Shown piece by piece: positions 17,219 through 27,016 of a DNA stretch of 42,279 bases (the stretch's first letter is position 1; every line of letters starts with the position of its first letter). Position numbers and translations under genes: made by a program. Below the pieces are notes generated by a model, which saw only the letters and a program-made list of their open reading frames with translations, was not told where the DNA came from and searched no databases. Where the stretch lies: positions 1 through 42,279 of the IMG/VR virus record IMGVR_UViG_3300003311_000002; one strand, given 5' to 3'. This stretch comes from a virus.

Positions 17219-18114
17219 GGCATGTAATATGATTTGTCATCCTCATTATTGATATCAGTACTTAAATAGGAAGAGGATCCTGGAGCCGGTTTATTAATCT
17301 CAAAATCCACATCATCCATATACTCTTCAAATTTGGCAAGTAGGGTTTCACTTAATTTTTCAACCGCCTGGCTTTCCGAGTAACCGGTCCTCATAGTTCG
17401 AGCTGTATCGCGATCGTTATTACGGATAGACTTTGGAAGTTCTGTAAAGTCAAGGCGTTTGGCAGCATGTCCCATTGCATAAAACACAACGGCCTTCTTT
17501 ACTGCCTTTTTTAATTTCTCCTTACCAACTTCATCCAGGCCTTCTTTTGATTTGATCTTCGGATATAAGTAATCATCACCGGCTTCTCGAATGATGTAGA
17601 TTATTTTACTGAAGAAATAGTGAGAGCGACCTATTTCGTAATATTTATTGAACTCATCTGCTGATTCGATCAGTAGATCCTTCCGGTCTTTATAGGTGTC
17701 GGTTTCGAGCCATTTTGGGAAAGTTTCGTGATTTGTATTGAAGAGATCCAACAGGCTATCCATATAGGACCACAAGTTTGAAATGTATGCTTCATGCTGA
17801 TTTTGCACTTCGTATCGATAATAATCTTTGCCTTCCTCTTTCTTCTTTTGAATCCAAAATGGATGATATTCAGCCATTGTAAGATTGGCATAAGCTCCCT
17901 GTAGATAACCAACGGCCTCTGTCTTTAGGGCATTATCATCAGATGATTCATGATGAGTCTTCAGGTCATCCCAAAGGTCTTGGATTAAATCTTTCAACTT
18001 CTTTTTTGCCATGCTTGCTGAAGACTGCATTTCATCGAAAGACATGGAAGCTTCAACTCCTGGAGCTAATTTCCTGAACTTTTGAATTCCGTCAAAAAAA
18101 TCAATTGTTACCAT
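17215..18114 (-). CDS. Hypothetical head-associated protein (about 299 aa)
   Basis: ATG at 18114 (track start 18126 is TTG). Overlaps the portal stop. Confidence 0.6.
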   Translation of the reverse strand: MVTIDFFDGIQKFRKLAPGVEASMSFDEMQSSASMAKKKLKDLIQDLWDDLKTHHESSDDNALKTEAVGYLQGAYANLTMAEYHPFWIQKKKEEGKDYYRYEVQNQHEAYISNLWSYMDSLLDLFNTNHETFPKWLETDTYKDRKDLLIESADEFNKYYEIGRSHYFFSKIIYIIREAGDDYLYPKIKSKEGLDEVGKEKLKKAVKKAVVFYAMGHAAKRLDFTELPKSIRNNDRDTARTMRTGYSESQAVEKLSETLLAKFEEYMDDVDFEINKPAPGSSSYLSTDINNEDDKSYYMP

Positions 18115-19657
18115 TCTGAATTTCAATTAAAAGGTTCTCAATTCTTGATAGTTGATTGGCATTGTTATTTACCTGACTCTGTAAACGATCCTCTGGAGGA
18201 GTATCCTCTAATCGTTGTGGAGCATCATTATAGAAACCAAGTCTAAAACCTTGCTTATATAAGTGCGGGAAGTTGATTCTAATTGCCATATTGAAAGGCT
18301 CAGAACAAATTCTCTCCGGGATAGAAAGGTTATGCAGGTATATTAAATAGTTATAATAGAGATCTGATCCGGACTTGGATATGATACCATCTTTACTGAT
18401 TGAAGAAATACTCGAGTCGATACCTTTGGATGTAGTCAGTACTTCATCTGCACGCTTATCGTAGCTGATTAGTGAGTTGATATATTCCTTATACTTCAGA
18501 TCAATTACCTCAATCTTCCAACGCACTTCCTCTTTTTCTCCATTTTGGAAGCTGTTTGAAACAAATATTTTTCCTTGGTTCTTAGTGCCGGATAGATATT
18601 TTGAAAGTTTCTTAACCTCCATATTTGTGTACTGAATCAAGTATTGCTCTTTGTATTCAGTTCCAAGCGTGATAGTTTCTCCAGTAACCTTATCTCTGAT
18701 ATTAACTAGAGGTTCTCCGGCCTCCTGAAGTTTTTCATTGTCCTCACAAAGCCTCTCGAGCATATCACGTTTAAGATCTAACCAGGCAGCCGGTATGATT
18801 ACATGAACATTACTCCCGAATGAATTCTCCAAATAAGAATTGATGTACAAAGGTGTTTTATTGGTTCCTTTTAGCCAGGGCTTCGTTCCTTCGAAAAATT
18901 TATTTAATCCATAATGATGACCTACGGCCTCATTGCGATGATGAGACACAGCAACTTTGTGTGAATATGGATTCTTCATATTAAGCATATCGTAACGCTT
19001 AAAACGATAATCAACACCGGCATTCCAATTACCTACGAATACAGATTTAAAATCACGGTATTCAAGATCTTCATGCAGTGGATCCACTTGTCGCCTGGTT
19101 GCTAACCTCGCACGTTTGTTATCGATCAATTCCATTCCGGCAACTGGCTTGGAACCAATTCGTCTTGATCTGTTGAACCTCCACTTGACAAAGAAGTCTT
19201 CGAAGAAGTAGTACCTACGTATTAATGATTCTGCAAATTGTTGATGTGAATCCATACCATTATCCACCCAACTATCCAACCAATCGGTTAGTTCATTACA
19301 CTCCTGCCATTCACGAACTAACTTTTTCTTTTCGAATTTAGGGATATACGGCATCAAGCCCTTACCGTTTAGGATATTGATTTGTTTATCCAATAGACCA
19401 GGAAGGATCCTGTTGGTATGAATCATCTGTTCGATCTCATTGGGTAAACGGTTATCAGTTCCTCGTGCAAGGATCCTGTATCCATTCATTTGAAGCATTA
19501 AAGGAGAGTCTCCAATTAGAGGAGTCGTTCCCCAGTCTTCATCATCACTGGTACCAGACTTTCTCTCGTGCCATGGAGTACCATCACCAAGTTGAAAGGA
19601 TATAACATTCTGTTCTCCTACATATACACCAAGGTTACCATAGTTCTGTACACTCAT
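18101..19657 (-). CDS. Putative portal protein
   Basis: 518 aa. Call rests on size and position downstream of the large terminase; no motif verified. Confidence 0.5.
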   Translation of the reverse strand: MSVQNYGNLGVYVGEQNVISFQLGDGTPWHERKSGTSDDEDWGTTPLIGDSPLMLQMNGYRILARGTDNRLPNEIEQMIHTNRILPGLLDKQINILNGKGLMPYIPKFEKKKLVREWQECNELTDWLDSWVDNGMDSHQQFAESLIRRYYFFEDFFVKWRFNRSRRIGSKPVAGMELIDNKRARLATRRQVDPLHEDLEYRDFKSVFVGNWNAGVDYRFKRYDMLNMKNPYSHKVAVSHHRNEAVGHHYGLNKFFEGTKPWLKGTNKTPLYINSYLENSFGSNVHVIIPAAWLDLKRDMLERLCEDNEKLQEAGEPLVNIRDKVTGETITLGTEYKEQYLIQYTNMEVKKLSKYLSGTKNQGKIFVSNSFQNGEKEEVRWKIEVIDLKYKEYINSLISYDKRADEVLTTSKGIDSSISSISKDGIISKSGSDLYYNYLIYLHNLSIPERICSEPFNMAIRINFPHLYKQGFRLGFYNDAPQRLEDTPPEDRLQSQVNNNANQLSRIENLLIEIQNGNN

Positions 19658-19661
19658 AATA

Positions 19662-19973
19662 TTAGTCGTTTAGCCATTCAATCTTTCTCATTATGAACTC
19701 CGGAGGGAATGCAACGAATCTCCATAGTATTCGGTAGCATGTCTTCGGGTTCCCGTCCGGATCCTGGAAACAGAAGTAGTTGTCACTGCCTACAGCGAAT
19801 ACTTCTTGTGGTAACTGTGATCTGGTTTTACATCCTTCACGCACCTCGAGGCTATCTGAAGCTTTCCCCTTGGTCCGGTTGTAAGGATAAAAGGCAACAG
19901 TAAAGCATCCATCCGGAACCTTTGATACTTCCTGTGCCAGTCTTATTGCATCTAATCCATTGATTGTTTCCAT
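19662..19973 (-). CDS. Hypothetical protein (103 aa)
   Basis: ATG ORF immediately after a late-promoter-like element. Confidence 0.6.
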   Translation of the reverse strand: METINGLDAIRLAQEVSKVPDGCFTVAFYPYNRTKGKASDSLEVREGCKTRSQLPQEVFAVGSDNYFCFQDPDGNPKTCYRILWRFVAFPPEFIMRKIEWLND

Positions 19974-19977
19974 ATAT

Positions 19978-20015
19978 CAAACCTACTTTATTGACCTACC
20001 CGAACAAAGGACAGG
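19978..20015 (-). promoter_or_regulatory. Late-promoter-like element CCTGTCCTTT-N20-TAGGTTTG
   Basis: - strand reads CCTGTCCTTT GTTCGGGTAGGTCAATAAAG TAGGTTTG, 4 nt before the ATG at 19973. Confidence 0.6.
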
Positions 20016-20332
20016 AGGTAATGCAATGCACACACCACATGTAGATGTTTTCTTTCATTATTAATATTCCTCTCTGCATTTCAAATTTCATTTGCGAATA
20101 TCCTGAAACGCCCGTGTTTACTGGGCTTCCTCATATTTCCAGTAATTTATGATTAATTGCAGTGCATTTTGGAAATTTAGCGTGGCGTGCCCTAAATCGT
20201 CGTTCGTTCAGAAAATTGAATGAATTTTGATAAATTGAACATTGAAAATCAATGTTTTATATGTCGTTTCGTTATCAAATCGCTCAATTATTATCCTTTT
20301 TGCACCATTTTTTCACCTTTTTACAGCACTTT

Positions 20333-22087
20333 TTAAGTGATTGAGTTTTCTAATAATTGCGGCTTTTTGCTTAGCTCTTTTGGTAAGATCTTATTGAATT
20401 TTGAAAAGATTAAATACATCAAAGCCGAGGGGATTTGAGTTGATAAACCGGCCTGAAATCTCCAATCTAATTTTACCTCACTCGATTTATCCAGGTCTAT
20501 TTTGCCATCAACCTTGAGGAGAGGAGAGAGGAAAATTGCAGATATCAAGTTTGGACACTCATTTTCGCAGATTTTCAAGCGAATAACGTGACGAAGATTT
20601 TCGGCCAGTATCATTCCAATGAGTTTGTAATGCTCATATAAAAAGATGGTCCTTTGTTTTTCGTTTTTGAGTTTTACCTTGAATCCGTATGATTCCAATT
20701 CACGTTTTAGAATCCTGGCATCGGTTGTGATCTTGTCTTCTTCAACCTTTTTCTTATTCCCGGCACGGTCGTAATACAGATTGATTTTCTTGTTTTTGAA
20801 ATGAGCTCCAAAGAACTCAAAAAACTCTTTGGCCAGATCACCTTGGTTTTTAGGTTCCCAACAATAAAACTCTTTTAAAACTCTGTACTCGTTGTTTTTA
20901 CGGTTTTCCTGACCGACAACAAAAGACTGGAAGTTTCCAGGATCGTATCCGATATCAAGTGGTTTGTTTGGATCGAAGTACTTTAAATATTGAGCATCAA
21001 GCTTGAACGTATCTTTTAAATCGAAGCTTAGAATTGAATCGTAGATGTAACTGTCAGAAAAGCAATGCTGTGTTTTATTAAAGCCGGCAAAAAACATATT
21101 AGCCACTTTCTTTCTACGGATGGCACAAATGGCAACTAGAAATTCCTCCATTGTCATTGTGTTGAGCATGGTGGTGAAAAATTTCTGGCCAAGAAAATCT
21201 TTGTTCACGAAACTGGAGGCACGAAGATAGTATGAAGCACCTTGTCGCATGTGGCGAAGGATTGGGTTCCAAATGTCCAAAACATGTTTATGCTTCTTTA
21301 TTTCTTCAGCAATTTTGAGACGTACATAAACATCTTTCTCTTTCTTCAGCTGAGCTTCACGTTTAATTAGTTTGTAGTTGTTGTCGTTCACGTGTTTGGC
21401 AACGGTGAATATTTCCGATATCAGTTTTTTATCCATGTTATCTTCATATTCCTCGAACCAGTTGTCTTCGCCCAGGTCGACTCGAGCTGTATCTGAAACA
21501 CCGGTGATTCCTTGATAGTATGGACTCTGACGAGTTTTACCTTTAGCTCCACGCAAAGCAGGGAATAGTCTGGATTTCAGCTTTTCACCTTTGTTGTGTT
21601 TCATTTCCTCGACAAAGGCATGAACACCTGAAGAACCGGCAACGGAATCGGGTTGATCTGAACTTACTAACTGGAGGTGGTGTCCGGATCGGAGCAACAA
21701 ACTGTGCTTTGGATATGATATTGGTCGAATTGGTTTATTGAAATGCTTTGGAATTTTTGAGGCTCCAATGATATAATCCTCACCTTCTTTCATGAATGGT
21801 TCATCATTCGGACCCATAGGTTTGTTGAAGAACGCACGAAGGTTAGGAATAATGTTTGTCATTAATGCCACATAGGTTTTGTGGGTAAGGAATGACAATT
21901 CGCCAGGCATGTCGAATCCGACCTTTACAATACGAGGTCCGAATATCCCTTCGGTTTTACCACCGGCACGAGCCATTTCTGCAATGAGAACATTGGGATC
22001 AATATAAGCAGCTTTGATCTGAGCTTTGTTCATGTAATAGTCTGTCATTGCAGCAGCACTATTATCATCTTTTAAAATATTACTCAT
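20333..22087 (-). CDS. terL: Terminase large subunit
   Basis: Walker A-like MARAGGKTEG and Walker B-like HAFVEEM. About 584 aa. ATG at 22087 overlaps the upstream gene. Confidence 0.7.
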   Translation of the reverse strand: MSNILKDDNSAAAMTDYYMNKAQIKAAYIDPNVLIAEMARAGGKTEGIFGPRIVKVGFDMPGELSFLTHKTYVALMTNIIPNLRAFFNKPMGPNDEPFMKEGEDYIIGASKIPKHFNKPIRPISYPKHSLLLRSGHHLQLVSSDQPDSVAGSSGVHAFVEEMKHNKGEKLKSRLFPALRGAKGKTRQSPYYQGITGVSDTARVDLGEDNWFEEYEDNMDKKLISEIFTVAKHVNDNNYKLIKREAQLKKEKDVYVRLKIAEEIKKHKHVLDIWNPILRHMRQGASYYLRASSFVNKDFLGQKFFTTMLNTMTMEEFLVAICAIRRKKVANMFFAGFNKTQHCFSDSYIYDSILSFDLKDTFKLDAQYLKYFDPNKPLDIGYDPGNFQSFVVGQENRKNNEYRVLKEFYCWEPKNQGDLAKEFFEFFGAHFKNKKINLYYDRAGNKKKVEEDKITTDARILKRELESYGFKVKLKNEKQRTIFLYEHYKLIGMILAENLRHVIRLKICENECPNLISAIFLSPLLKVDGKIDLDKSSEVKLDWRFQAGLSTQIPSALMYLIFSKFNKILPKELSKKPQLLENSIT

Positions 22088-22724
22088 TTTCAATTTCCTC
22101 AAATTTCACATCCTGGATATCTGCATCACGACGTAAGCGTTCTTTATCTTCCTTATCAACTGGCAAGTTGTTGATGAGATTGAGGTAAAAACCTTGATTG
22201 TATTTGTTGGCGATTTTCTTCAGGTTCTCTTTTTCGAATCCCATATCATCATGAGTTAATGTGTTGGAGATAATGAACACCGGTCCTTTCTGATCACGTG
22301 CTTCAGCTTCCTCATTTGCTCGTTTTTTCAGCTCATTTGCATCCATATAACAATTGCGAGCTTCACGAATATTGTTTGTGGCCACAGCCAATTTTGCAAG
22401 GTCCTCGAGCTTATTTGCCGTGTCACGATCCCAAACATGTTGAGCAATCTGTTCATCGACATCGAAGTACTGGAGAGCATCTCCGATTCTTTTTTTTGCA
22501 GTTGCAATGGAGATGCGAATTTTCTGTGTAAACATTACTCGTTCCTTCAGCATTTTGGCCGCACGATTCATGTTTCTTTCATTTTCCCAAACTTCCATTG
22601 CCCACTGCATTTGCATGATGAACAATTGCATTTCTTCAGGGATGGCCAATGATTGACCTGTATCGAGAAAATCGTTTACTATATCCGGATGGAGAGAGCT
22701 TAATTTTTCAATCTGTGTTGTCAT
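22080..22724 (-). CDS. Putative terminase small subunit (positional)
   Basis: 214-aa acidic/helical protein directly upstream of terL and overlapping it. Confidence 0.4.
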   Translation of the reverse strand: MTTQIEKLSSLHPDIVNDFLDTGQSLAIPEEMQLFIMQMQWAMEVWENERNMNRAAKMLKERVMFTQKIRISIATAKKRIGDALQYFDVDEQIAQHVWDRDTANKLEDLAKLAVATNNIREARNCYMDANELKKRANEEAEARDQKGPVFIISNTLTHDDMGFEKENLKKIANKYNQGFYLNLINNLPVDKEDKERLRRDADIQDVKFEEIENE

Positions 22725-23029
22725 ATTCCAAAGAGTTTCTTTTTCAGGTCATCAATTCGTCGGTTTCCTTGTCTCTCATTCAATTGAATGATTGACATGA
22801 TATCACCTGTTTCGGCTTTCTTTGCCAACTCAGCATCGATGTTGTATTCTCCAATTTCCCAACCTTGATGATAGTATGTGTATATCTGAGATTGAGGATT
22901 GTTTATCTCCAGTAAGAACTCTGTTTTCTCATCCCCAGTGAGAGCCAGGAGAGTGACAATTTTTTCCGGAGCATATTTCAATGCCCCGAAGTTTCGAATT
23001 TTGCTAAGTGTTTGAAGGTCTACTTTCAT
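22721..23029 (-). CDS. Hypothetical protein (102 aa)
   Basis: ATG ORF with 4-nt overlaps on both sides. Confidence 0.6.
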   Translation of the reverse strand: MKVDLQTLSKIRNFGALKYAPEKIVTLLALTGDEKTEFLLEINNPQSQIYTYYHQGWEIGEYNIDAELAKKAETGDIMSIIQLNERQGNRRIDDLKKKLFGI

Positions 23030-24315
23030 AACAGTTGATCTTTGATTTCTTCGAATGGGATCCTTTCTCCATTTCGAATCAGTGTTATTTCTATATCAGG
23101 GAAAGCAGCATGAAAGCGACGTACTTCAACATCGGCATAGCGTTGGTCTTTTTCCATGCCGTAACAAATGCGATTGGTTTGCTGACATGCCATAAGAGTT
23201 GCTCCGGATCCCAGGAACAAATCCACAACTAAATCCTGTTCTCGACTGCTGTTTTGAATTGGATATGCCATTAAAGCAACCGGCTTCATGGTTGGGTGCA
23301 GATCGTTACGAATTGGTCGATCGAAGTTCCATACAGTTGATTGCTTTCTATCACCATGCCAGTAATGTGGACCTGTAGGTTTCCATCCGTACAATACCGG
23401 CTCATGTTGCCAGTGGTAATCCTGACGTCCCATGATGAAAGCTTGCTTCACCCAAATACAGCACTGAGCTAATTTGAACTGAGCATCAACCATTGCCTTT
23501 CGGAAGTTTGCACCTTCATTGTCGGAATGGAAAATATAAATGCCGGCACCATCTTCCAGGATTCGATATGAATTGCAATAGAAGTGATAAAGGAACTGGT
23601 AAAAGCTGTTATTGTCCATACTATCATTTTGTATGGTAAGTTTGTCTTTTGTCTTTCCTTCGTATGCAACATTGTATGGAGGATCGGTTACCATGAGTTT
23701 GGCCTTTTTCCCTTCCATGAGAGCGACAATATCTTTAGGCTCTATACTATCTCCACACATGATGCGATGTGGCTCTAAAAGCCAAATGTCACCGGTTTGA
23801 GTAAATGTTTCTTTTCTTACTTCAGGAGCATCATCCTCAATGATTTCAAATTCTTCTTTCATTAAGGTTTCCCGGTCCCGATCGTAATCCAGGGTAACCG
23901 GTTCGAATCCCATATTGAAACGTTCGAGCATATCGGTTCCAATGTTGTATTTCTTGAATAGGATGGTGTCCGGATTCTTTTCGGCAAACTCAGAATTATA
24001 AGCTGCAATTTCTTCAACGGCCTCCTGTTTTGTTTTGGCGTGGATTGGTTCGTAAGGAATATCAGGAACAATGAATCCGGATTTGATTAAAGCCTTCAAT
24101 GCCTTTTTGCGTTGGTGAGCATCGATTATCCATAATTTGCCGTCCGGATCTCTCCAGGCTTTGAATGCATACTTGAATCCTCTGGTGAGAATTAGCATTT
24201 GCAGTTTCATGTTTTTATCCGGATCAGAGATCTTAAAGTCTTCCTGCAGCTCATGAAAAGAATTGATTGGAGCTGTGGGTAAATTTCCAAGGTTGTAAAC
24301 TGTTATTTCTTGCAT
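23026..24315 (-). CDS. ParB-like N-terminal domain fused to an N6/N4 DNA methyltransferase
   Basis: IIDAHQRKKAL (ParB DGHHR-like motif). Motif IV VTDPPYN followed by motif I FLGSGAT, the beta-class order. Confidence 0.8.
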   Translation of the reverse strand: MQEITVYNLGNLPTAPINSFHELQEDFKISDPDKNMKLQMLILTRGFKYAFKAWRDPDGKLWIIDAHQRKKALKALIKSGFIVPDIPYEPIHAKTKQEAVEEIAAYNSEFAEKNPDTILFKKYNIGTDMLERFNMGFEPVTLDYDRDRETLMKEEFEIIEDDAPEVRKETFTQTGDIWLLEPHRIMCGDSIEPKDIVALMEGKKAKLMVTDPPYNVAYEGKTKDKLTIQNDSMDNNSFYQFLYHFYCNSYRILEDGAGIYIFHSDNEGANFRKAMVDAQFKLAQCCIWVKQAFIMGRQDYHWQHEPVLYGWKPTGPHYWHGDRKQSTVWNFDRPIRNDLHPTMKPVALMAYPIQNSSREQDLVVDLFLGSGATLMACQQTNRICYGMEKDQRYADVEVRRFHAAFPDIEITLIRNGERIPFEEIKDQLL

Positions 24316-24719
24316 GAGAGTACTTCTTTAAAAACGGTTGCACGTTCCTGGTGTTTATTCAGGTTTTCACGGTCTTTTTTCTTTTGGTTGACTGTTCGCT
24401 TGTTGCTGTTGAGATAACTATTGTATCGCTTGATATTATCTCTGCAGTTGGCATATTCATCCATAAACTCATCAGGCTTATCTTGTAGCATTTGCTCCAA
24501 TTGACGACGTAGTGAATGATGGATGATTAACGGATGCTTGAAAAGGAATTTGCCATTATCATTTAAAGACTTGAGTTCATCGAATGCCTGTAAATTACGA
24601 ATGCGGAGTTCGGCCAACTTTGTCACCTTTGCTTTTGTGGGTGAGTTGTCGATCTCCGCATCGAGAGCTTTCATATCACGATAGCAGTTAATTCTATCGT
24701 TATAAAGAATGGTAGCCAT
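24303..24719 (-). CDS. Hypothetical protein (about 138 aa)
   Basis: ATG at 24719 (track start 24734 is TTG). Confidence 0.55.
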   Translation of the reverse strand: MATILYNDRINCYRDMKALDAEIDNSPTKAKVTKLAELRIRNLQAFDELKSLNDNGKFLFKHPLIIHHSLRRQLEQMLQDKPDEFMDEYANCRDNIKRYNSYLNSNKRTVNQKKKDRENLNKHQERATVFKEVLSCKK

Positions 24720-24784
24720 TTGCACATCCGGCAATTCAAGGCGATTCCATTTGATGTTAGGATATTCCTCTTCTTTTTGGTGAT

Positions 24785-25786
24785 TTAGCTTTTTTTTTGC
24801 CCACCTGCAGCAGCCAACAACTCATCCTGCTTTTTCTTCAGTACTGGAGTAATTGTATCGGCTTTTTTATCTGGTAAACCTTCATCAAGGTTAAGAGCAA
24901 AGAGAATACTTACTTTCTCGTTGTAACCAAGCTTAGAGAGATCAGCTTTCATCAGGTCGTTTTCAGCCTGCAGCTTTTCTTTTTCCTCTTCGGTTTCCTC
25001 GAGCTTTTCTTCAAGTTCCTCCTTCTCCGATTCAGACTCACCAAGCTGATCCTCTAAATCGGATACTTCACCTTCTTTTTGCTCGATGTTTTCAGCTTGT
25101 TCCTGGATAGTTTTCTCCTTCGCTTCCAGTTCCTCTTTTTGCTCCTGGATTAAATCAGCAGCTTCGGTGTTTTTGTCCGGAGCAGGGGTTGCATTATCCA
25201 TCTTTTCACAAATAGATTTAGGCAGCTTCAGCATGGTTTTCTGCATTTCTTCAGGAAAATCCTTAACCATTTCAGTAATTTCATCCATGATTACTTTTCT
25301 AGCTTCAGGCGTAGGAGTTTTGTGGAGTAATGCTGCTTTTTTTGCGGATTGACGAACGATGTGTTTCCCCTTCCATTTTTTGATCAATTCAAATCTGAAT
25401 TCCTCAATTTCTCCAGGTAAATATTTTTGAATATCATCAGGTATAGTAGGAAGTAATCCGGAAATAGCTGCTGCAGCTTTTTCTCTTGCTGCATCATCAC
25501 CATCAACTCCAAATGCGGAGAAGTGTTCTTTAATACGATTTACTGTAATACCAAATTCTTCGAGAGGATTGCGTGAGATTGCTCGACGATTATCGACAAT
25601 TTCTTTTTCAGAATCAACATGATCAATTAAGGCACGAAGTACTTCGTTAGCAAAACGATCACCTTTTGAAGTGGATTTTAGAACAGAATGTTCCGGAGCT
25701 TTTTTCTTGAGAAGATCGATATCCTTCTCGACGTGTTGTGGAGCCTTCAAATTATTGTAGGCCGCCAATTTCTGCTTTAGATTCAT
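24785..25786 (-). CDS. Acidic coiled-coil protein (333 aa), possibly scaffold-like
   Basis: Very Glu-rich heptad-like region (EELEAKEKTIQEQAENIEQKEGE...). Preceded by a late-promoter-like element. Confidence 0.6.
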   Translation of the reverse strand: MNLKQKLAAYNNLKAPQHVEKDIDLLKKKAPEHSVLKSTSKGDRFANEVLRALIDHVDSEKEIVDNRRAISRNPLEEFGITVNRIKEHFSAFGVDGDDAAREKAAAAISGLLPTIPDDIQKYLPGEIEEFRFELIKKWKGKHIVRQSAKKAALLHKTPTPEARKVIMDEITEMVKDFPEEMQKTMLKLPKSICEKMDNATPAPDKNTEAADLIQEQKEELEAKEKTIQEQAENIEQKEGEVSDLEDQLGESESEKEELEEKLEETEEEKEKLQAENDLMKADLSKLGYNEKVSILFALNLDEGLPDKKADTITPVLKKKQDELLAAAGGQKKS

Positions 25787-25815
25787 TCGATGTAATTTTT
25801 TGATTATTACTTAAT

Positions 25816-25853
25816 CAAATGTATTTGCAATGCAGAATCTTATAAAGGACATA
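25816..25853 (-). promoter_or_regulatory. Late-promoter-like element TATGTCCTTT-N20-TACATTTG
   Basis: - strand reads TATGTCCTTT ATAAGATTCTGCATTGCAAA TACATTTG, 29 nt upstream of the ATG at 25786 and directly after a terminator hairpin. Confidence 0.6.
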
Positions 25854-25862
25854 GAATGTAAA

Positions 25863-25892
25863 AGAGGATGCTCAAACCACTAAGCATCCTCT
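25863..25892 (-). terminator. Intrinsic terminator after the 334-aa gene
   Basis: agaggatgct/agcatcctct 10-bp stem followed on the - strand by UUUUAC. Confidence 0.65.
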
Positions 25893-25927
25893 CCACTTTA
25901 CTAACCTAAAATTTAACCACTACTACA

Positions 25928-26932
25928 TCAGGTTTGTACTCTATCAATTTCTACAAGTGTGCCTGAGTCTTGAATTCGGAATGTAATCCGTGATCCGGCA
26001 TTACCTGTCCAGGTAGCACCATCGACAAGAACATAGGCTGCGTTATCGGCAATGGTGTGTGCATTAGCTCCACCGGTACCATATACAGTAATATATCGGC
26101 CATAATCAGCAGGGGCAATACTACTAACAGTCGCCAAAGCTTTTGGTGCAGTATTGTCATTCGGTAACTCGTAACGATCATTTGCAGTAATTGCTAAGTC
26201 GGTAGCATCGGTTGCAACAGCAACAGGATCCTGTCTAACAATTGCGCCTATGTACTTTTTAGGCTGCTGAATCGTTTTGTTTTCGAACGTATAAGTAACT
26301 GCAGTTGCTTCTTTATCTTTCTTACGATCGTAAGCTTTCAGTACCATAGGTCTTCCATAGGTTCCCTGGATAAAGTATTCGCCACTATCAACCTCTTGAT
26401 AAATCACCACAAACTTACCACCGGCTTTTTGTTCGATGAAATCGAGTAATTTATCACGGTTACCACCCATTACAATTACAAATGTGTTGGTTGCATCAAT
26501 AGTGATATCACCTTTTTCTCCAGTACTGTTATCGGTTGGCACATCGTGAGCTTCGAAGTAGTACATATACCTACCGGCTTTCATCGGCACATCAGATACT
26601 TGTCTGGCTGCATTTGGTTGAGGAAATGGAACTGTGTCATCGATATCGCAGGTTTCAACAAGCCATACTTTACAAGCAATTTTATTAGCTGCAGTTTCTT
26701 TGTCGGAAACATCATCTACATTTCCAATGGAAGCCATTGAAAACAGAATAATTGGTCCTGCCATCATTTTGCCTGTAAATTCGATACTGGCAGGTTCTTG
26801 AATCATGAATCCAAGTGAAGGAATGGCAATTGCTACAAGCATTACCATTAAGAACATGCTTAAATATTTAAGCTTAGCATTAGCCACTTTTTGTTGTGAC
26901 CAGGCTATTTGTTTTTTATGTAATTTCTTCAT
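25928..26932 (-). CDS. Virion structural protein candidate (334 aa); start uncertain
   Basis: Follows the major capsid gene. The N-terminal 65 aa are hydrophobic and may not be translated (internal Met codons exist). The C-terminal about 75 aa resemble the capsid protein C-terminus. Confidence 0.55.
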   Translation of the reverse strand: MKKLHKKQIAWSQQKVANAKLKYLSMFLMVMLVAIAIPSLGFMIQEPASIEFTGKMMAGPIILFSMASIGNVDDVSDKETAANKIACKVWLVETCDIDDTVPFPQPNAARQVSDVPMKAGRYMYYFEAHDVPTDNSTGEKGDITIDATNTFVIVMGGNRDKLLDFIEQKAGGKFVVIYQEVDSGEYFIQGTYGRPMVLKAYDRKKDKEATAVTYTFENKTIQQPKKYIGAIVRQDPVAVATDATDLAITANDRYELPNDNTAPKALATVSSIAPADYGRYITVYGTGGANAHTIADNAAYVLVDGATWTGNAGSRITFRIQDSGTLVEIDRVQT

Positions 26933-26974
26933 TTCTGGAATTGTAAGAAGTTAACTTATGAGTTAATTATTAAA

Positions 26975-26996
26975 GAGCCGATCCGAAGACCGGCTC
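26975..26996 (-). terminator. Hairpin terminator/attenuator after the major capsid gene
   Basis: gagccgatc-cgaa-gaccggctc stem with one mismatch, followed on the - strand by UUUAAUAAUU. Confidence 0.55.
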
Positions 26997-27016
26997 ATGA
27001 ATGAATCAAAGAAATT

